A stretch of DNA of 64,000 bases, filler included, from an uncultured Methanosarcinales archaeon (GTDB lineage: Archaea; Nanobdellota; Nanobdellia; Woesearchaeales; CAZOXR01), in assembly GCA_964566535.1 (NCBI GenBank). It is 6 parts of 6 records of this genome, joined end to end, with 100 filler letters (N's around TTAATTAATTAA, not from the genome) between each part and the next. Parts side by side here need not be neighbours in the genome. Positions count along the whole stretch, not along the records: positions 1 to 18,996 come from CAZMIO010000017.1; 5 more parts are not named here. One strand, written 5' to 3'. The number at the start of each line of letters is the position of its first letter. Within the stretch, counting starts at the first letter, position 1. The notes under the pieces were generated by a model. That model saw only the letters and a list, made by a program, of their open reading frames with translations, had not been told where the DNA came from and did not search any database. The position numbers and the translations under genes are program-made. Positions 1 to 13,400 of the stretch are shown here, one piece after another.

Positions 1-8
1 CAGCACCG

Positions 9-1490
9 GTGGAGAACTATGTGTCTAATTGCTTAAAGTTAACTGCGGAGAATGCATTAGAGCTATTAGGCAAGCAGGGTGGGAAAATTTATACTGATCA
101 AGGAGGAGGAATCCCATTAGATAGAGTAAACCCACTTAATGAAGGCACCCTTTTTGTATGGAAATGTGTTGATACTAATAATGCAATTGTTAGTTGTGGT
201 GGAGCAGATCAATATGTAGTTCCTTATATCCTTATATATGATGGAGGATTTTACAGAGATAATGATTTCTTTGGCCTAAGAATTGCAGATAGAGCAGATT
301 TTGAAAATACTTTTGAACACACCATTGAATCATATGTAGCAGCTCAAATTGACTTTCCAGGACAAGGGTGTTTATTCCGTGACACAAATGATTATAAATC
401 CATATTAAAAGGATTTGAAATAATTCCCGATGCAACCAAAAAAGAAGTAGACGTTACAATCACTTCTAAGGATATAAAAATAGCCCTCACATTTCCATTA
501 AAAATCCAGGAACTTGCAACAGGAAAAAAAGAAGACATCGTTGAATATAAAACCTCAATAAACATTCAGCTAGAAAAAATCCGTACTTTTGTTAGAGAAT
601 ATCTTACTTCTATTCAAACAGGAGCAATTTCACCAACACTTCCAAGCGGAATTCAACTTTCTAAGGAAGAAGATACCCAAAAAGGGGACTTAAGCACCCC
701 TACAGGTGATGCATTTGTAAGAATCAGTGATGCTGATTCAAATGTTCGAGGCAAGCCTTTTGAATTTTGGTTTGGAATTGGCCGTCCATTACAATGTGTT
801 GATTATGGGGCGAGGGGCAGGTGTAGAGAGAGCAGAGATGGTATAACTACTGACCCTTGTAAATGGTCAGGAGATAGTTGCGATTTAACCTGTAAATCTG
901 ATTGGTCAGATACTCCCATCAGTCAAGACTTCCATAGAAATGATGGAACTACTGACCATATCATCAAGGCAGATAATGTTTGTTTCCCTGATTGTGGTAG
1001 TGCATTTCCTGGTGAAACTGAATGTAAACAATTTGGATGTAAATGGTCTTGGTTAGTAGGATGTAATTTTGATTGTAAAGGAGGATACGCTGACAGCACA
1101 AATCGTGGCAGATGTACACTTGATTGTACCCTGCCTCATTGGACACACTCAAGATGTATATCATCAACTAGCCCCTGTAAATGGACTCCAGGAGGCCCAA
1201 GTCCAGGCTGCCATTCAACTTGTTATACAGGCTATAAAAATCCATCAAGCGGAAAAACTTGTGCCTTCGATTGTGGTTCATCTCATTGGGACAATAATGC
1301 CAGATCAGGTAACTGTAAATCTAATGGGTGTTACTGGACCCCTACAACAAATAACTGTGATCCAACATCATGCGATACAGGATTCAAAGGAGACACTCCA
1401 AATCCAAAACTCTGCGATATTGAATGTGGTACCCTTGTAGAAGCCGATTGTATAGATGGCTGTACTTGGACAGCAGGAACGTGCAGCTAA
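9..1490 (+). CDS. Pilin-locus-associated protein with C-terminal Cys-rich repeats (probably 5'-truncated)
   Basis: Frame is open to the window edge. The C-terminal ~230 aa are ~40-aa repeats of the form CxW...C..xCxxGY/F. It lies 6 nt upstream of the giant gene. Confidence 0.7.
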   Translation: MENYVSNCLKLTAENALELLGKQGGKIYTDQGGGIPLDRVNPLNEGTLFVWKCVDTNNAIVSCGGADQYVVPYILIYDGGFYRDNDFFGLRIADRADFENTFEHTIESYVAAQIDFPGQGCLFRDTNDYKSILKGFEIIPDATKKEVDVTITSKDIKIALTFPLKIQELATGKKEDIVEYKTSINIQLEKIRTFVREYLTSIQTGAISPTLPSGIQLSKEEDTQKGDLSTPTGDAFVRISDADSNVRGKPFEFWFGIGRPLQCVDYGARGRCRESRDGITTDPCKWSGDSCDLTCKSDWSDTPISQDFHRNDGTTDHIIKADNVCFPDCGSAFPGETECKQFGCKWSWLVGCNFDCKGGYADSTNRGRCTLDCTLPHWTHSRCISSTSPCKWTPGGPSPGCHSTCYTGYKNPSSGKTCAFDCGSSHWDNNARSGNCKSNGCYWTPTTNNCDPTSCDTGFKGDTPNPKLCDIECGTLVEADCIDGCTWTAGTCS

Positions 1491-1496
1491 ACTAAA

Positions 1497-4400
1497 ATGA
1501 AAACAATGAAAATTAAAAAATTGATGTTATTGACTCTAATTGTATCTTTACTCCTTATAGTGCCTACAATAATCTCTCAAGCACAATCAGGTTGTTGTTT
1601 AAATCCATTATCCTCAAATTATTGCTGGAGAGATGAAGCATGGACTGCTGAACACCCAAGTATTCCTGATCTAGACCTCTTAGTAAATTGTTGTGCAAAT
1701 GGGTTATATGGTGATGGCGGACCTACAGACCAAACAACTTGTGAATCTTCTCCTTATTTCATTGCAGATAAAAGTTGTTTTGCATACACTCATTACACTA
1801 CAGACGATATAGATCCTAATTATGGGACTTTGTCAGCGTTCTATACCTTAACTAAAACAGATCCTACTTCACTTATTGAAGTATGCAATCCTGAGGGGTT
1901 AGGTTGTTGTTGTAATCCTAGTGGAGAAGGACAATCAAAGTTAGTTGCAGCCAATATATATTCTGCACAATGCGCAGCAATTGATGATACTGCTTTTCAA
2001 GAAACTGGTGGAACTTCTAATTGTGGAGTTGCATGTGGTGCTCCAACTCCTCCAGCTGATGAAGGTCTCTGTACAGCCTTAACACTAATCACTGATTGTG
2101 AATTAAATGCAATAGGTGGAGGCCCATGTAGATGGAGCCATACCGATTATGATAACAACCCAGATGTTGGTGAATGTCATTCAGGTTGTTTAGGTACTCA
2201 TACAGAAGCACAAGGAAGCATATTCTGTTATCCTTCATGTAATGAAGGAAAAATATCTGATGGAGGAGAATCTTGTGTATGTGGAGAAGGAACAATTGAA
2301 ATAATAGCAAGTTCAAGCAGGTATAATAATGGTTTTTGCTGTGGAGAAGTTTACACAGCAGATCCCGGAGACGGATCTAATCCTTGTGATGGAATGCCCC
2401 AAGGCCCAACAGCATCATTCACAATCTCCAATACAAATCCAACAGTTAGTGAAGAAATTACATTTACAAGCACAAACACTCCAGGAGATGCAGCAATTAC
2501 TAGTCATCAATGGATTATTTGCCTTCCTGATTCAAGTTGTACCTCCCTGCCAGGTTCAACCAGCTTAATCCGATACACTCCTACTGATGAAGGAGCATAT
2601 AATGTTAAATTGACAGTAAGTGATGGTACATTAAGTGATACAACTCTAGATCAAACAATCACAGTCACAGCAGCACCATTAGACCCCTGCACCGGAGACG
2701 GAGCTCATATGTCTAATGTATTACCTTGCACTTGCAGCGGAAACACATGTACTGAATTAACACCTTACTGCTACGGTGGAACATGTCATCATGACCCAGA
2801 ATCAGGAACAGCCTTCACTACAACACCAGTAGACTGCATCGCAGACACTGGCATAGAAACACAACCTCCAAACTTAGTAAGAATTTCACAATTACCTGGA
2901 CAAAGAAGATTAAAAATTGAAGTTAATTCTCCAGCACTAACTAGCCCAAGCCCTTCAAAAATAAAAGTTTACAAATGTGATGGTTCTTCTTGTGATGATA
3001 ATATCAGATATTTAGTTACACAAGCAAATTACCAATCAGGAGGTTCAGAATTATATGATTCAGGCCAAATTGAGAATTACCCTGTAGATGGGTTCCACAC
3101 AAATGTAGGCTTAGATTGGGACACAACATATACTTACCAAGTTGACCTATACTATGACGAATTAGGAATTGGGATTCCTTCTAACACAATAACCTTAACA
3201 ATGGGAAGTGAAGAATGTATTCATGAAGACGGCCTTGACGATAAAGACAAATACCCAACAAAATGGTGTACTAGAGACAAACAAGGAGACAGAATGGTAA
3301 CTTGTAGACTATCTGAACAGGCAGAACAAACTGCCTTCACTTATATCTATGAGCCAGACACAAATCGCTGCCCAGCTGGAACTATTTGTAAAGAAAATGA
3401 CAGAACCGCTTCTTGCATTCAAAAAGTTGAAAATTGCAATGACCTAGAAGGAAGTCCATTTGACCTTTACTACCCTCCCTCCCCAACAACAGCCCTAACC
3501 TTCTATGACATAACTAAAACAACAGTTGACAAATGCTATAGTTGTGCTAATATAAAAAATTGTTATGATTATAAAAGCGAATCTGCTTGTACATCAGACA
3601 GTTCAACTTGCGAAGTTGCATTAGGAGCTTGTCAATGGAGATCACTGTATGGGGACATAAACAACGGAGTCTGCATCGACTCAGGAGAAAACAATTGCCA
3701 ATATTGCGATGAAAAAGCATCAGAAGAAAATTTATTTGAGCCAGAATCAAAACCCAATCCAATTGAAGCTTATAATGAAATCTTTGACACTTGTACACAA
3801 TATAAGGCAACAAACTTAGCTCTTAACCTCGATGCAGCATTAAAAGATTTATGCTTATACAACCAAGAAACAAAAAAAGCAAAAAGTTGTGAAGATGTAA
3901 CTTGTTATGATTATAATCATATGACTTACACTGACGCAGCTGGAGCCCCAATACTTATGGAAGCCCTTTGTGGTGATCCTACAAATAACGCCGTTAATGA
4001 CCTTTGCGGTTTAAATGTATGTGCTCCTATCTCAGGAGTATGTACAAAGAACGCAGACGGAGACGACACTCCAGACTGTACAACTGAAAACTGCAGAATA
4101 GATATGACTCTCCCAATAACTCAGATAGAAATACATGGAGAATTATTAAAGGGAGACGAACAAGAAGCAATAAGGGTTGTAGCAACTGACCCATATTGTG
4201 GGGAATTACCTGGTTGTGGAACCCCAACAACTTATTTCTGTGTTGATCAAGGCACTGCTTGTAACCCTAATCCAGCAGGAGTCGGAATCGAAGCAGGAAG
4301 AACAATAGGAATTATTGGAGACCAATTAAATGGTAAATTCGCCAAAACCCCAGGTACTTTAAGCTCCACTAACATCAACTACATAAGGTTCTATTCAGTT

Positions 4401-7400
4401 GATATCCATAAAAACAAAGAGGAAATAAAAAACGTTTCATTTAGAATTGATAATACAGGCCCAAAAATCTACCAGGGAGTAAGTTATTCTGCTTCTGCTG
4501 AATTAATCAGCGGCCCATTAACAACTACCCAATACAATCAACAGATACAAGCAGCACCTCCGAGAACTAGTATAACAATTGACTTCAAAACTACTGAACC
4601 TTCAGTTTGTGAGTTTAGATTTAGGGGAGGGGGCAGAGACGATACTGAAGCACCTCTCGGCTGTTACGCTATTGAATATTCAAAAGAGTACTCTGATCTT
4701 ATAGATGGAACTTACTCTTTAACTGCCACATGTGAAGATAGAAGGGGAAACAGCAAAACTTATGCCTACACAATAAACATAGATAACGATCCCTCAATAA
4801 CTGCTGTTGTGCTCCAAGCAGGTGGGGAAACCTTGGGGTCAGGAGATACAGTATCTCAACCACCCGAAGTTTCATTTACCACTCCTGGAAATATTGTTTG
4901 TAGGTACTCTTTGGATGAAGATCTGGCCTATAGTGCGAAAACTGACTTAGCCTCCCCAACAGCATCTGGGGGAAATTGGCAACATACACTTGACACTTCT
5001 ACATTATCTCTAACAGAGGGAAGACACACATTATTCATAGAATGCCCGGGTGGTTCAAAAGAAATAATCGAATTCACAATAGACACAACACCTCCAGAAA
5101 TTAAAGCTTACTCTCAACACACTGTAACGCCATTCATAGAATTAGCTAGTGGCGATAGTTATCTTTCGCCAAAAAGCGTCTTAATCAGATGTGAAGACTC
5201 TCCAAGAGAAAACGACATTGCGCAAGGATATGGTTGTAACATACAATACTGTGAAGATGTGGGATGTACTTTAGCTGACATCCCAGCAGCAGAACTTCAA
5301 GACGTTCCTTCATCCCCAGACGAAAAACAAGTCGTAAAGACGTTCACAATTCCTGAGGGCGCTGAAGAACCAAAGGTATTTAGAATTAGGGCAATAGATA
5401 CAAACCCTAGCGCAACCCCTCCAACTTCAACAGTCCCTACGCCAATAGAAAAAACCATCAATTTAGACAACAACCCCCCCTTATTCCACATAAAAGATTT
5501 CGTTCAAGATGTAGTAGAACGTCCTTGGCCAAGACTTTCAACCCTCAATAACATACCGTCAATGGTAATGGATCCTGGGACCTACACTTTCACAATTGCA
5601 ACCGCAGGAGGGGAGGCCTTAAGATCGCCGCCTAAAGTTGTTTTTGAAAACAAAGAACCGCCCATAGATCTGGTAGGTACTGGCCCAACTTGGCAATTTA
5701 AATTTGAAGTTACTAGTGAAAACGAAGCAGACATATATATTCATGATGGAACTACATTTAGGAAGGAATTATCTGGTATGATCTTAACCGATGATTCCAA
5801 TGATCCAGATGATAATATCGACATTTCATTAAGTATAAGCGGATACGACAGAGCGGTTGGTCATGATGGTGCAGATCCAATCTCTGATGTATCATCACAA
5901 GGTAACTATGGGGATAAGGTAACTTATATTACCCCCATTGGAACAACATTTGATTCAGTTGGAACATTCTTCTTCAACATTGACGTAACCTCTCCATCTG
6001 ATTTCAGCTTAACAATACCTGATTCAATTGATAACTACAATCCTCAAAAAGAGGTGTACTACTTCAAAGATAGCGCATTAACTTTACAGTTAAACAAAGA
6101 AGGCGGTCCTGCAGCAACAGATTTAGAAACATTAGGTGCTTCTTCAGTTAAGTTCTTTAGGCAATATCTTGGCAAATCCCCCGATAAAGACCCCATCGAT
6201 ATCACAGAAGACTTTGACGGTCCAGACGAAAACAACATCTACACATTTACTGGATCACTTAGAGTGTTAGAAGACAACCTCTGGGCAGTGATTTATGATG
6301 AAATTGGCTATGAAAAACGATCAGATACTTTAAAGATACACCAAGATACTTCCGCTCCGGGGATCAGCGCAACAACTTACTCCCCCCCACCAAATGGTCA
6401 AAAATCACCAGACGGTGCTGGACTATTCACTTTACAGGTAACAGCAAAAGACGATCAATCAGGGATTAAACAATCCTCAACAAACTTAAAAATTTGTAAA
6501 CTACCTACAGATACAAGCACAACTTGTACTGATGGAATAATCCCAACAATTGATGCTACCAACCGAATAACTCATTCATTCCCTTCAGGATTATCTGAAA
6601 CTGACCCAGCAGAAGATTATGGTGCAACATTAACACTAGAGAACTGGGCGGGATTAACCTCTGAGATTGATTGGCCGTTTATTATCAACCCTTTAATACC
6701 TCGAGACCCTTCATGGACATTCAAAGTTGATGCAGATACTGCATTAGCTTCTCCTCCACCAAAAGATGCAGGTGATGTTTACTTAGTTTTATTAACTGAC
6801 TTTGTAGTTGAATCAATATTCCCGGTAGGGATAGAAATAATGGGCTACACTCTATCCGATGGTATCTCTCCCGCACTAACACCAACTAATCCAGTTACTG
6901 AAACAACCAGCCTTAACATTTCATTAGTTGACCTACACAACGGTCAACAATATACACTTACAGTTTTCGCAAAAAAGCCAGAAGATACTTCACTTACAGG
7001 ACATCCTTTCAACCTTTACTTTGTTATAGACACCTCGGATTTCTTCATAAGGCTGGCAGAACCTCCAATAGCACTTGCAACTGAAGAAATCCCTGTTCTA
7101 GGTCCATCAGATGATGGAGTTATTGGAATTGTCCAAGGAACATCATCTCCACAAGGAACCATAAACTTAAAGATAAACACAATTACTTGCCCGCAAACAA
7201 CAGCGGCTGGAGGACCTGAAACCGTAACAATAACTCCTGCAGGACTTAGCCAATCTTCATTAAGTCTCTCGCAAGGCCAGGAGTTTATTATTGACAATCA
7301 ACAAGGCGTAAGTATTGATATGGATGGCTCCTCCACAATACTTCCTAACTCACAAACATCCCCTATAACTGTAACTGAAAACCGCGATATTACCCTAACA

Positions 7401-10400
7401 CCAGATGAAGAGGGAACACCTTTAGCTCTAACTATTATCGTAGCTGCAGACTCACCAGGATTCTCATTAGACATAAGAGATTCTTGCTTAGGGGATAGCG
7501 GTACATATAATTATTACGCAACAATAACTCACCTACCTCCGTGGGAAGGCAAAAAAATTACCTTACACAAACAATTCATCTATGACAACACTCCACCAGA
7601 ATTAACATCAGTTAACATCGGAACAGGAACAATAACTGATTTAGATGATCTCAAAGTCGATCATTTACCAACAGCTATCAAATTCACTTTAACAGATGAT
7701 TATGGCTTTGGGGGTCAATTAGGCCCTACATTTATACGAAAACAGGGCGAAGATCCAATACAAGTTACTCCAGGCATAGTTGATTTAGGTAATAATGCTT
7801 GGGAGTTCACAATTCATACAACTAGCTCTCAAGATTCAGCTATACCTGCATTTAGTACCACAATCCCTCCAGACGAAATAACAACTGTAACAGTCACATT
7901 CCAAATACCTGACAAAGCAGGAAATATAATTGATTCAAGATTCACATTCATAGTAGACTCAAGAACTCCTACAATTACTGGATCTACTTACACTCCATCT
8001 CAACCATTAGGAGAAGCACCCCATGCGAGGTATGTAACAGAACAAGATAATGTTGATGTTAAACTACTATTCAATCACCAAGTAGACCCAGCGTCATTAA
8101 TAATTACTACTGATCCTGCAACAATACCTCAAGACATAACTGATTCAGGAACTTCCTATTCTTTTAGACTAGAAAACCTAAATGAAGGAAGTTATTCTAC
8201 TTCTGTTACTCCAACAGCAACAGCTAGTGGAATCCAAGGACCTATCTTTACTTTACCGCTACTTTTAGTAGACCTAAGCCCTCCAGAAATAACTTCCATT
8301 GGAGTAGGCACTCAATTATTAAACAGAGAACAGTTAGACGAAGGCGTAGAAACATTCAGAGTTAACTCAGAAGTCCCAACCATAACAATAAACTACATTG
8401 AAGCAACATTAGCATCAGTAACAGCTTCAATACTTGGAGAAACGCCTTTAACCTTAACTGAAGGATTAACTCCCAACTCATTAGCAATCCAAGATTTAGT
8501 CTTAAAAGAAAACCAAAACAATATAGTTACAATCACTTTGGCAGACTTAACTGGCAAATCAACAACCGAAGAAATTACAATCTTTGCAGACACAAGAGCC
8601 CCAATTATCACTTTATCATCAGTTGAATCAACAAAAACATCGCCATTTATAATCAATTACGAGATAGATGAAGCTATTGTCCCACCATTCGCATTCTTTG
8701 TTGATGGATCTAATGTTTACTCAATAACAGAACCTCTCGAAGCAGGTTCAGGCACAACACCACCTATTACATTACCAATTCCTGATGGCATCAAAACAAT
8801 CCATGCAACAGCATCCGATCACTTCGGAACACCAGGCACCTCAAACAATTTATTTGTAACATTAGACACAACTGCACCTGAAATTGAATCACAATATCCT
8901 AATGAGGATATAATCTTAGGTGACCTTAGTGAAATCAGAGTTAAACTAATGGATGATGGTGTTGGAGTTGATCTCCAAACTTCAGAAATGGGAGTAACTT
9001 ACACTGATGGAGCAACGGAGACAGAAAAAGAATGTACAAAAGGAATAGAAGGAGAATACATAACTTGTACATTTGAACATTCATTAAGAGATGATCAAGC
9101 AGACCAACTTCTCGAATATACTGTAACAGTAACAGCAAAAGACACTCTACAAAATGAAGAAGTACTAACCTTCGCATTCAGCATAGATAAAAACGCACCT
9201 ACAATAACATTCACTAATCCAGCCAATACACCATTCATTACAGCAGAGGATACAATTGAAGTAACTGGAACAATCATCCCAGACCCAGCAAGAACATTAA
9301 CCCTAACTCAATATCAAATAGGCACTGCACAACCAATAGACTTAGACTCAAATTTTGACCCTAATACAAACACATTCACACTACCTTTAACCTTAACACA
9401 ACTAGAAACTAGAGTTCATATCATAGCAGAAGATGAATTAGCAGAAACTCCATCTTCACGTTCAAGAGACTTTGTTGAAATTATATACGATACCCAACCA
9501 CCAACAATAACTATAACCTCCCCAGCAGAAGGCACAACAACAGAAGAATCTGAAATAACAATAGCTGGAATTTACAATGACAATGTGCAGATCCAATCAG
9601 TAAATGCAGTTGTAACCTACTATAACGAAGAATCTACCTCAGTAACAGCAGAAACAGCCTCAGGAACATTTGTTGTAACCGTTCCATTAATATCTGGTCC
9701 AAAAGACCAAGAAGGAGCAGACATAAACTCAATAACTTTGATAGCAACCGATATGGCAGGCCATACAGCAGAAACAGAAATAACAATCTCAAAAACATCC
9801 TTAAACATCCCGGTCATAGACCCACTAATACCTTCCCCAACAAACCAAAATGAAATCACAATCTCAGGATACTCTGATCTGCAAACTTTAGTAAGTCTTT
9901 TTGTTGACTATGGCAAGATAAGAGAAGCTTCAGTACCTCCAGATTCAATAACTGGAACTGAAATAATCAATTATGATATCGCAGCTGCAATTTCTACTGA
10001 ACCAAGATTGATTACAATACCTCAAGGTAAAGGATTAAAATTCGGTAATTCAATAGACGGACAAACAATATCAATCAGAGGGATATCAATAAGTGGAATT
10101 CCAGTCGACATAGAAAACATTGCGAAAGGAGCACAAGGACCACCAAGCCCAGTAATCCTGCCAATTGGAACTTACGATTACCAAGTATATGTTGGTGCAA
10201 CTCCAGAATCAAGAGGAACAATAACTGTATCCCCGGCATCTAACTCATTTGAATTTGCAGATGTTCCATTTTGTACTGCCAATGGCATAAAACGTGTTTC
10301 TGTAGAATCTGAATCGACTGAAGACACCACATTAACCTCAAAAGAGTCTGAAACTCAAATAATCACTTGCGACTTAACACCACCTTACTTAGGAACAAAA

Positions 10401-13400
10401 ACTCCCCCAGCAACAGTTATACCTACAGTTCCAGCCGCAGGTGAGCTAACAGTAGAACTAGAAGACAATATGGGAGTTGATCTCGGCTTAGTTACAGTAT
10501 CAATTGGAGAAGAAGGCACAACCCCTCATCCATTAACATTAGACACAGATTACACAATAGACCCAATAACTAACATACTATCAATAACAACTCCATCTGA
10601 CAATATGCAAACACCAGATGCAGCTGACCCGCCATTAACTTACATAATAACAGTGGGAATGACTGACACAGCAGGAACCTCAGTATCTGCACCATGGGAA
10701 CTAACAATAGACCAAAGAGTTCCAGCACCGCCAACATTTACATTCAACCCAGAACCAACAATCCATGACGATTCACCATCTGACTTTTACTTCACTTCAG
10801 ACCAAACAGGACCTATGCAAATAGGCATTATCCTAACATTCACTGAAGATATTGAAATCCTATCAGCAACCTTAGTCGCAGAACCATTAACATTTACATC
10901 AACTGATTCAAGAACATTCACAGCAACTACCCCATCAATCTCAGACGGAACCCCTACCTTAACAATAACAGCACAAAGGATTGATAATGAAGTTCCAGCA
11001 ATATTCGAAAAATCAATTATAGTTGACTTAACATCTCCATCAATATCTCCAGCAGTAATCTCAGCAGCTCCAGACCTAATCTCACCAAATGGCGACTCAG
11101 AAGAAGACACTACAGTCATATCATTCACACCATCCGAAGAAGTTACCTACACATTGACAATAACAGATGGAACAAAAACAAGAACCATTACAAGCCCCAA
11201 TTTCGTAACTGAATCTCAAACAGTAACTTGGGATGGCAAAGCAGATGATGATTCCGTAATGCAAACATCAACAGTATCTTTAACATTAACAGACAGAGCT
11301 GGCAATACATTCACATTACCGGAAGAAGACGAAATTGAAATAGAAATTGATATTTCGCCTCCATCATTAACCAATGTACAGATCTACTCAGAACCTTTAG
11401 AAGCAATAACTTACTATAAAAACGCACTACCACTAATCTCAGGAACAACTGAGGACGGAACAACCATCAAAATTATGAGTAGCAGAGAAGATGATGCTAC
11501 CGAATTAGATTCAATAGAAGTTACAGGAACAACAACCTTCTCAAAAGCCATAGGATTATCAGAAGGCCCAAACACCCTCATAGTTTATGCAATTGACGAT
11601 GTCGGAAATAAGATCTCAGTCCCACCAACAGACCAAGCAACAATAATTTATGATACAACACCTCCCACTGTAACTAACAAATACCCTCCACCTAATAATG
11701 AAGACGGAGACTTATCACCTGAAATTAGCGTCCTCTTATCTGATGGTCTCCCTATCTCTGATGTATCAGGTATTGACACAGACTCGATCAATCTAAAGAT
11801 CTGTAAACAAACACCTCCAGACACTAGTGAAATTTGCGAAGAAGGCATATCTGATTTATCAACTTTTGACATTTCATCTGGCTCAGTAACTTATGAATTC
11901 AATTCAGGATTAACAGAATCAGACACAATCCCTATCACTTACACTACAACCATAACAGTAAATGATATTGCAGGAAATTCTTTATCAGAAGAATGGTCAT
12001 TCACCATCAACCCAAATGTTCCAGCTTGGCCAACTTTCACCGGAACAAATTTAGTCAAACACTCACAAAGGCATTATTACTTCAGGACTACTAATGATGA
12101 AGACATTACAATAAACTTTGATGAAACAAATTCACAACAAGTAAGAATCACAGGAATTGAGTACACTGGACCTGTAAATACTCTAATTCCTGAAGATCCA
12201 CCAACACAGGTTTATGATTATACTTTAACCGGCCTAGCTGAAGGAGTTATTGAGAATTTGAAAGTTACAGCTGAAAAAGAACTTGAAGAAGACAGCTGGG
12301 GACCACCACAAACTTATAGTATCTATATAACTCCAGATGAAACAACACCTCAAATTGTTGAACTAACCTTAACTGGCTCAAATGGGGAAATAGTGCCATG
12401 TACAATTGGTACATTGTGCGAGGTAACAACTTCTGATCAAGTCCAGATCGAAGGAAATTATGATGAAGAACATCTAAATAAAACTAAACTAATCAAAACA
12501 TCTGACAATTCCATGGAAGAGATACCATTTGATGACTCTACAAAAACATTCTCATACATGAAAAACATAGATACAGATGGAACCTATGATTATGATATAA
12601 TGTTGATTGATAAGGCATCATACGAAACATCTACACCAATCCGGATAATAGTAGATAATGATGAACCTTCATTCTATCTAGAAGGATTTAATGATGAAAA
12701 TAAAAAATATGTATCTTCATCACCTACAATCTTAACAGGAGTAATCGATGGAAATATGGGGGCCACAGGAGTAGACATAAGTCTGGCTAATAATTTAAGA
12801 CCATCAGCCGCCCCCACACCATCAGAGGTTGGTATTGACAAAACAACTAAAGAAGTATCAATATTAGGGGCTGATTTTGTAGAAACCCTAGGTGATGTAA
12901 TAGTAGGCACCCCAATAAGGATAACTAATGATGAGCCGGATACAAATGATGATGTATACTCAGTAGACTGTGGCATTGAAACATTCAATTTAGCAAGAAC
13001 TGAATCTGGAACTGTAACTTACACGATATCTGGAGAAAAAACATGCCAATTCACCTTAGGAGCAGATACTGTCATTCTAACAATAAATGTAATAGATGAA
13101 CCTACAACATTTACTCTTTCAGGAATCGAAGTTGTACCAAACCGTGAAAACCGCCTGCATGTAGCTGTAACTCGAAAAGATATTGGTGTAAGTTCAATAT
13201 CTGACTCATACATATTGATCTATGACACAACACCTCCATCTATTTTTGATAATGAGGCTGATACATTCCAATCAGTACCTGATGAAATCACATTCAAGAT
13301 CTTAGACCAAAATCTTGTTGATTTCGAAACATTGGGGATAACAATTACAGAAGGGGCTAATGAAAAAACAGTTGACTCTGATGATATAACAATTACGCCA